Position numbers and translations under genes: made by a program. From Eubacteriales bacterium (GTDB lineage Bacteria > Bacillota > Clostridia > Oscillospirales > CAG-272), in contig JAZSCY010000265.1 of NCBI GenBank assembly GCA_045530875.1, positions 1 through 36,729 of the forward strand: a stretch of DNA of 36,729 bases. The letters are read 5' to 3'. Below, one piece after another: positions 31,492 to 36,729 of this stretch. Numbering within the stretch: the stretch's first letter is position 1; every line of letters starts with the position of its first letter. The notes beneath the pieces are model-generated. The model was not told where the DNA came from, ran no database searches, and was given only the letters and a program-made list of their open reading frames with translations.

Positions 31492-32766
31492 TCAGTTCCA
31501 CACAGGGATGTAAGTTTGTTTTTCCTCGTTTTTATTCCAAAGCACACGGATCAGGCAGGCCAGAGAGTCCGGCGCATCATCGTGCTCCGCCTCCTCTGTG
31601 TAGTCCGCAATCTGGTCAATGTATGCCTTGTCAGTCCCGGCCACAAACCGCACCTTCGGCCAGTCAAATTTCAGGTAGGATGTGATTTTCAGGTACTTGT
31701 TCATGGATTCGTCGTAGGCTACCACCCGCTCACCGCGCCTCCGGAGATCCTTCGCAAGATATCCCTTGTCGGAGTTTGTTTCGCAGTAAATCTTCCCGGC
31801 GTTCAGCGCCTTCCGGCACTCTATAACCTGATCTATGCAGTCGTCGATATGCTTCCGCCACATCCTGCCGTAGACGTAAAAAAAGCCGTCCTTTTTGCAG
31901 ACGACAGTGAAAGCCGTGAAGTCCTCGCCATGGTAGGCCGCGTCCACGTGGCAGATTCCCTGTTGGGCAAGAGCGACATCAAAACCGGTCTGCGGGTCAG
32001 GGAAAATGACCTGATCGGATACAATGTGCCGCATCTCATAGTTGGCCGCAAACAGGGACGCCGTCATGCGCCGCTTGATATCCTCCAGCTTTTCATCCGA
32101 TATCAGTCCGGTGCTGTAGCAGTCATACACATCCGGCGGCGGCATAAGCTGAAAAGCATCATCCTTATGCCACGGCGTACCGGTGTTGAAAAAGCGCCCC
32201 TCCCGGTTCAGGATGTTCTGAAGTTCCTGGTATACCAGTTTTGTCCGCTCCCGTTCCGCCTGGGAAGTGCGGTCCTCCACGTTTACAATGTCATCGGTGA
32301 AGATCACATCATAGTGCTTACCGGTGATAGACCCTTCCGTCCCGCGTCCGGTGAGCTGCGCCGTGCCCTTGATATCCTCCACAAGATTGGTAGACAGCTC
32401 CACGGCAGTTGCCTTGGTCAGCTTCAGATCCGTACCCCAGATCGAACGGGAAATGTACCGCATCTGCGGAGATTCCAGAATCTTCCGGCACTGCGCAATG
32501 ATTTCCTTGACGTCCGTGTTGGTTTTGCGCATGAACAGGATACGCAACTCCGGCCACAGAATCATGATGATGCACAGAGCCACGGATACGCAGGTGGTTT
32601 TGTACGATCCACGGTGCGCCTGCAGTGTCCGGTCGGATTTCGCAGAAACCATGTCGCAAATCCACTCGTTATGCAGCGGCGTCAGCTTGTCAAACCCCAG
32701 CATATGCCCGAGCTTATACGGACACAGCAGAAGGAACTCCACCGCCTCCTTACGTGTCAGAGCCAT
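31492..32766 (-). CDS. terL: Terminase large subunit (424 aa)
   Basis: Walker A-like HRGSYKTT, Walker B-like YDVIFTDDIV, and a C-terminal nuclease-like half. Lies between the small subunit and portal genes. Confidence 0.8.
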   Translation of the reverse strand: MALTRKEAVEFLLLCPYKLGHMLGFDKLTPLHNEWICDMVSAKSDRTLQAHRGSYKTTCVSVALCIIMILWPELRILFMRKTNTDVKEIIAQCRKILESPQMRYISRSIWGTDLKLTKATAVELSTNLVEDIKGTAQLTGRGTEGSITGKHYDVIFTDDIVNVEDRTSQAERERTKLVYQELQNILNREGRFFNTGTPWHKDDAFQLMPPPDVYDCYSTGLISDEKLEDIKRRMTASLFAANYEMRHIVSDQVIFPDPQTGFDVALAQQGICHVDAAYHGEDFTAFTVVCKKDGFFYVYGRMWRKHIDDCIDQVIECRKALNAGKIYCETNSDKGYLAKDLRRRGERVVAYDESMNKYLKITSYLKFDWPKVRFVAGTDKAYIDQIADYTEEAEHDDAPDSLACLIRVLWNKNEEKQTYIPVWN

Positions 32767-33118
32767 CCTCCAGCGCCTCCGAAATCAGCCGGTCAACGTC
32801 ATCCTTCACAGACTGGTCGATGGCGGAAACCTCCACCTTGTCTATCGGCTTCTGTCCAACGGTGTCCCGGATGATCTCAAACGCCCGAAGATCGCCCTTC
32901 AGCGCAAGCTGGAATACCTTCATAGCAAGAGCCTCCGTACCGGACAACTTCTTCCCGTCCGATCCTATTATTTCTTTGCCGTCCAGCAGAGCCTGAAAAA
33001 CATCCCGGAACTCTTTTTTACGGCGTCTGGCAGCACCGCTGGCAACGCCGCCTTTCCGACCTTTTTCTCTAGCTTCGTTCTCGCTTCGTACCGGTATCAG
33101 ATTGTCCTCCACGGCCAT
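32750..33118 (-). CDS. terS: Terminase small subunit-like protein (122 aa)
   Basis: The N-terminal basic segment REKGRKGGVASGAARRRKK is typical of small terminase/DNA-binding proteins. Overlaps terL by 17 nt. Confidence 0.6.
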   Translation of the reverse strand: MAVEDNLIPVRSENEAREKGRKGGVASGAARRRKKEFRDVFQALLDGKEIIGSDGKKLSGTEALAMKVFQLALKGDLRAFEIIRDTVGQKPIDKVEVSAIDQSVKDDVDRLISEALEDGSDT

Positions 33119-33136
33119 CCGTTACACCTCCATTCC

Positions 33137-34336
33137 TCAGTTCAGCTTAACAGCCTTCCCGCCCGTGAAATTCTCCCACCGACGGATGATTACATCACAG
33201 TATTTCGGATCAAGCTCCATCATATAACAGGTGCGGTCTAATTGTTCGCAAGCAATCAATGTTGTACCTGTGCCACCAAACAAATCAAGCACACAATCGT
33301 TTTTGTTTGAAAAATTGTTGATATAATTAGAAACAAATTCAACTGAAAATGTAGCTGCGTGAATGTTTGAAAATTCGTTTTTTCTTTGCGGTGAACAATC
33401 AAAAACATTTGAAACCGTTCCCCTAAAATTATTTGTGCCAACAGCGCGAGAATTGTTTTCTTGACTAAAAAATAAAACAAATTCAAATTGCGAGTTCATC
33501 ACTCTTTCGGCCATCGCTGGTGCCGTTGTTGTTTTTCTCCAAATTGCAATGTCGCAAAGTTGTTCTTTGAATTTATGCAAATAATCGCAAAACACCAATT
33601 TGTTTCCCGCCAACATTTGAATATTTATTATCGCATATTTTGAAAACAAAATTCCGTTTTCTGTTGACTTAAATAACAGTTCATCATAATTGTCTAAATC
33701 ATCGTTGTTTGACAGATATTTACTATCCGTTGTATGCGTGTTACCCGACAATTTTTCACTCGCCCCTGCGTTATAAGGCGGAGAAGTAAATTCTATATCC
33801 GCTTTCTTGCCATCCATCAGCATTTCCACGGTTGCCTTATCGGTGCTGTCACCACACATCAGCTTATGTCTGCCCAACCGCCAAATATCGCCCGACTTAG
33901 CAATCGGCTCTGCATCTTCATCCGCCTCTGGTGTCTCATCTTCCACAACCTCGCCGGGAGACGCCAAAAAACTGACCGATTTTGGGAGATCAAACTCAAA
34001 CCCCGACAGATCCAGCTCCGGCAGCTCCTCCGCCAGAAGCCCCAGATCCCACGGTGATTCGTTCGCTTTGTTGTCCTCGATCCGCAGCGCATTCACCTGC
34101 TCCGGCGTCAGATCCTCCACCGATACGCACGGCACCTCCGCCATACCCAGCTTTTTTGCCGCCAAAACCCGGCAGTGCCCGATCACAATAACCCCGTCCC
34201 GGTCAACCACCACCGGCTGGACAAAGCCGTACTGCCGGATAGACTCTGCCACATTGGCAATCTGCCGCCGGTCGTGCTTCTTGGCGTTCTTCTCATAAGG
34301 GATAAGCTCCCCGACGGGTCTGTTCACAACGTCCAT
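33137..34336 (-). CDS. ParB-like nuclease domain fused to a DNA methyltransferase (N6-A/N4-C type, SPPY motif)
   Basis: The N-terminus IPYEKNAKKHDRRQIANVAESIRQYGFVQPVVVD...IGHCRVLAAKKLG is a ParB/Srx fold. The MTase part has LMCGDS, TSPPYN and a C-terminal FGGTGTT SAM-binding loop. Confidence 0.85.
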   Translation of the reverse strand: MDVVNRPVGELIPYEKNAKKHDRRQIANVAESIRQYGFVQPVVVDRDGVIVIGHCRVLAAKKLGMAEVPCVSVEDLTPEQVNALRIEDNKANESPWDLGLLAEELPELDLSGFEFDLPKSVSFLASPGEVVEDETPEADEDAEPIAKSGDIWRLGRHKLMCGDSTDKATVEMLMDGKKADIEFTSPPYNAGASEKLSGNTHTTDSKYLSNNDDLDNYDELLFKSTENGILFSKYAIINIQMLAGNKLVFCDYLHKFKEQLCDIAIWRKTTTAPAMAERVMNSQFEFVLFFSQENNSRAVGTNNFRGTVSNVFDCSPQRKNEFSNIHAATFSVEFVSNYINNFSNKNDCVLDLFGGTGTTLIACEQLDRTCYMMELDPKYCDVIIRRWENFTGGKAVKLN

Positions 34337-34405
34337 ACAATCCTCCCAAAACAGAAACAGGCCACCGTATCAGGCAGCCTGCTTTGTAGTATTCTCGATG
34401 GTAGC

Positions 34406-34434
34406 ATTATATCACTATATATGGGGTAAGTCAA
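34406..34434 (-). promoter_or_regulatory. Near-consensus promoter upstream of the ParB-methyltransferase gene: TTGACT (34434-34429), 17-nt spacer, TATAAT (34411-34406)
   Basis: The reverse complement reads TTGACTtaccccatatatagtgaTATAAT, about 70 nt upstream of ATG 34336. Confidence 0.5.
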
Positions 34435-34477
34435 GCCAATTTCGGGTAAGTTTGGCTATATGTGGACAAATTTGCGG

Positions 34478-34786
34478 TTATTTCTCCGGCGCATACGGCA
34501 GCGGCATCCAGTGTGTGACAGGTGCATGAATTCCGGCAACCCCAATATACCACTGCTCATTCAATGCACTGTACCACCCCTGATTTACTGCCGTTCTTCC
34601 ATCCTTGTAGTGCATTACCGCAAGCACGTCCACTTTAGCCTCCGGAAGTCTCTCCGTCACCGGAATCCACCGCATCCCCGGATCAAACGCATCACAGGCC
34701 GGTGAGGCCAGCGTGTGCGTCCCCCGGTCGATGTGCTTGCATATATCAGCAAGGCGGCATTGGTAGCAGTAGTTTTGTTCGCTCAT
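34478..34786 (-). CDS. DUF551-like protein (102 aa)
   Basis: WIPVTERLPE ... THWMPLP is the DUF551 signature. Confidence 0.7.
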   Translation of the reverse strand: MSEQNYCYQCRLADICKHIDRGTHTLASPACDAFDPGMRWIPVTERLPEAKVDVLAVMHYKDGRTAVNQGWYSALNEQWYIGVAGIHAPVTHWMPLPYAPEK

Positions 34787-34790
34787 ATCT

Positions 34791-35513
34791 TCACCCCCAC
34801 TGTTCTGCCATGGCTCTGGCTATGCCGGGAAAGGTTTTGCTTGCCTCTTTTCCGCGCTCTGAATGCGGAAGACATCTTGTTTGATAGTACCAGATCGTCT
34901 GTCGTTTATTTCTTCCTTTGGAATCAATCCACTCGTGATACTTCAATTCCGGTTTTTCTTTGATCTTCGGGACAAGCGGAGGAAGACCCTTCAACCACAA
35001 ACAAGTTGCCTTCTCGGTTTTTTCTTCTTCTGTTGTCGAAATCATCCACGGATGTATGATCTGATCAGGTTTACGGTATAATGTAGACATTACACCAATC
35101 GGATTTTCGATAGCGACTTTTTCACATATTGCATTCACAAAATTCATAAAAAAGTCAGCGGCAGATTCCCGTTTTTCATAACGCTCCAAAGCCTTGTCAC
35201 CGTATTTTTCGATGTTGAACCAACGGTTGGCGGCAAGAGTCAGATATGTACACGGCGGATGAGCTATGATAAGATCCCACTTTCCCATTATTTGATGTTC
35301 TTCCCCATTTGCTGTTATAAACCGTATTCCATATCTGGAAACACCTTTACGGTAAGCATCCGGATTCAGAACCCACAGAACATTCCCTTGTATATGCCAC
35401 TCCGGATGTCCGCCGGAACACGGCTGTATATCACACGAAAACGCATTATGTCCACGTTCCCGGAACGCCGTGCATACTCTCTGCGATTCCTCGCAGGCTA
35501 CCAGTACATTCAT
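34791..35513 (-). CDS. Short C5-cytosine-methyltransferase-like protein (240 aa)
   Basis: AHPPCT (PC motif), ENP (ENV-like) and a C-terminal FPGIARAMAEQW are present. There is no classic FxGxG motif I, so the catalytic status is uncertain. ATG 35513 lies in an ATGA overlap. Confidence 0.55.
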   Translation of the reverse strand: MNVLVACEESQRVCTAFRERGHNAFSCDIQPCSGGHPEWHIQGNVLWVLNPDAYRKGVSRYGIRFITANGEEHQIMGKWDLIIAHPPCTYLTLAANRWFNIEKYGDKALERYEKRESAADFFMNFVNAICEKVAIENPIGVMSTLYRKPDQIIHPWMISTTEEEKTEKATCLWLKGLPPLVPKIKEKPELKYHEWIDSKGRNKRQTIWYYQTRCLPHSERGKEASKTFPGIARAMAEQWG

Positions 35514-35701
35514 TTCTTCCCACCCCGATAAAACGTCTGCCATACCCGCCCGAACCACAGCCGCCAGCGGTAGCAGGTGCAGGCGTCGCCGTTTCCCTCG
35601 ATCATGGTCTTGCACCGGACACAGGGATAATCCGGCCATATGTCCGCCACGGAGTCCCCGCCATGGGAACCACGCAGCAGATCAATCATTTGCTGATCCA
35701 T
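35510..35701 (-). CDS. Small Cys-containing protein (63 aa)
   Basis: ATG 35701 follows GGAGGG. Contains CVRC...C.C. Confidence 0.5.
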   Translation of the reverse strand: MDQQMIDLLRGSHGGDSVADIWPDYPCVRCKTMIEGNGDACTCYRWRLWFGRVWQTFYRGGKK

Positions 35702-36113
35702 ACAGTCCCTCCAGCCTCTCAAAGGCTCGTTTTTTATAGTTTTTGATAGACGAAACGGACAGATCCAGCATATCCGCCGCATCCTCCAGCCGTTTTTTGT
35801 CGAAGAACAGCACCCGGAGCACCGCCTTTTCGTCCGCCGCCAGAACCGTCATCATCTTCTCCAGCGCCGCCCGTTCCGTTTTTTCCGACTCGATCATCCG
35901 GGACACATCCGACTGCAGTTCATCTATTATAGCCGAGGACCGCCCCACCGGATCCCCTGGAACGCCCTTTCCCGTGGGCATACCGTCCAGAGAAGGTGCA
36001 GATGGAGACTTTGCAGAAGCATCCAACTCAACAAGCCGGTCAATCTGCCGGTCAATGTCCCGCGACAGATCCATATACGCATCAAACCGCCGCCTGATCC
36101 TGCCTGTCTCCAT
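35682..36113 (-). CDS. Sigma-70 region-4-like phage transcriptional regulator (candidate late activator, 143 aa)
   Basis: The C-terminus EKAVLRVLFFDKKRLEDAADMLDLSVSSIKNYKKRAFERL is a region-4-type HTH. AAGGAGGAG RBS. Lies upstream of the packaging genes. Confidence 0.6.
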   Translation of the reverse strand: METGRIRRRFDAYMDLSRDIDRQIDRLVELDASAKSPSAPSLDGMPTGKGVPGDPVGRSSAIIDELQSDVSRMIESEKTERAALEKMMTVLAADEKAVLRVLFFDKKRLEDAADMLDLSVSSIKNYKKRAFERLEGLYGSAND

Positions 36114-36131
36114 ACGCTCCTCCTTGTGTTG

Positions 36132-36729
36132 TTATTCCAAAAGCCTCATGATTACGCGTCCGCCGTAGCTTCCGCCGCAGATTTTCACAAATTCTTCCAC
36201 GGTATACGTGTCGTTTTCCAGGTCAATACCGTGATCCGCTGCAAAGGTTTTTCGACCCATCTCACAGCTCCCGGTAAGTCGGTGGTGCCAGGCGAAGAAA
36301 TCAGCCGCCGGATACTTCACGCCCCGTTCATGGCATCTCCAGAACGATGCAATCCGCTCATCCTCCGGCATATCGTCAAACAGCTTATCCTCTGCCGCCT
36401 GTACAGCCTCTGCCAGTGTCTTCCCGTGAGCAAACACATCCCCGCGCTTGACGATGTAGCACGACTGCAGCGTCAGATCCTTGTTGAGTATATAGCCTTT
36501 TGCCGTGTTGCCAAACACAGCCCGTATAATAGTTTGTATCTCATCAACCATATATACAGTATCCCCGCAAAAGCTGGTGATTCCCCAGCCGGAACCCCAG
36601 CCGTAACCCCAGCCGTCACCCCAGCCGTAACCCGAGCCGTAACCCGAGCCGGAACCCGGGCCGGAACCCGAGCCGGGACCCGAGCCGGAACCCGGGCCGG
36701 AACCCCGGCCGGCACCCGGGCCGTCACCC
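36132..36729 (-). CDS. 3' part of the (Gly-X)n repeat protein: repeat tail plus a 139-aa globular C-terminal domain (5'-partial at the window end)
   Basis: The frame of the ORF-track ORF 36132-36551 stays open upstream to the window end. It reads ...GDGPGAGRGSGPGSGSGPGSGSGPGSGSGYGSGYGWGDGWGYGWGSGWGITSFCGDTVY-MVDEIQ... There is no good RBS before ATG 36551. Confidence 0.55.
   Translation of the reverse strand, partial: GDGPGAGRGSGPGSGSGPGSGSGPGSGSGYGSGYGWGDGWGYGWGSGWGITSFCGDTVYMVDEIQTIIRAVFGNTAKGYILNKDLTLQSCYIVKRGDVFAHGKTLAEAVQAAEDKLFDDMPEDERIASFWRCHERGVKYPAADFFAWHHRLTGSCEMGRKTFAADHGIDLENDTYTVEEFVKICGGSYGGRVIMRLLE
36582..36729. repeat. Third, diverged partial copy of the 156-nt higher-order repeat seen at 1-312
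   Basis: 36611-36729 aligns with 1-119 apart from a few a-to-g or t-to-g changes (cccgag to cccggg, ccggaac to ccgggac, ccgtcac to ccggcac). Confidence 0.9.

Larger units (their letters stand above)
1..36729. mobile_element. Temperate siphovirus-type phage genome, apparently complete and circularly permuted in this window
   Basis: Integrase, CI/Cro-type switch, recombination and replication genes, terminase, portal, capsid, tail, tape measure and lysis genes are present in canonical order. No obvious host genes. Both window ends carry the same tandem repeat in the same codon phase. Confidence 0.8.

Noticed and set aside
36473-36727. ORF-track ORF translating the terminal repeat as VPARVPAR.../VTAGVTAG...
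   Set aside because: All three frames of this GC-rich repeat are open. This frame runs into the body of the 36132-36551 ORF out of frame and ends in nonsense-looking sequence. The Gly-X frame is continuous with a well-formed downstream domain, and its variable positions fall only in the X codons.

Overview
The window looks like a complete, circularly permuted genome (about 36.7 kb) of a temperate siphovirus-type phage. The host is probably a high-GC Firmicutes/Clostridia-like bacterium, judging from GGAGG-type RBSs and many ATGA/GTGA stop-start overlaps. The two window ends carry the same tandem repeat in the same codon phase, so the cut falls inside a gene.

**Plus strand (6763-10473), lysogeny module:**
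- CI-like repressor
- a membrane-anchored HTH protein
- a membrane-anchored DUF4041/T5orf172-type nuclease-like protein, a likely defence or exclusion gene
- a tyrosine integrase

**Minus strand, everything else:**
- Cro-like gene and an early operon: YqaJ exonuclease, VRR-NUC nuclease, a replisome organiser with internal iterons, and a Lar-like protein
- a (Gly-X)n repeat protein spanning the window junction
- a sigma-like regulator and two DNA methyltransferases
- terminase, portal, and a fibre/SGNH-esterase pair inserted in the head operon
- head genes, tail genes with a -1 frameshift chaperone, tape measure, and a Gly-rich fibre
- an M23 endolysin plus small membrane proteins
- a seven-gene cargo operon bracketed by terminators (10739-13962), encoding unusual low-complexity Gly/Met/Cys/Gln/Tyr-rich proteins that I cannot assign to any known family

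**Best candidates for something new:**
- the cargo operon
- the junction-spanning Gly-X repeat protein
- a promoter-plus-terminator-defined antisense small RNA at 5368-5466

All functional calls come from motif recognition by eye. No database search was run.
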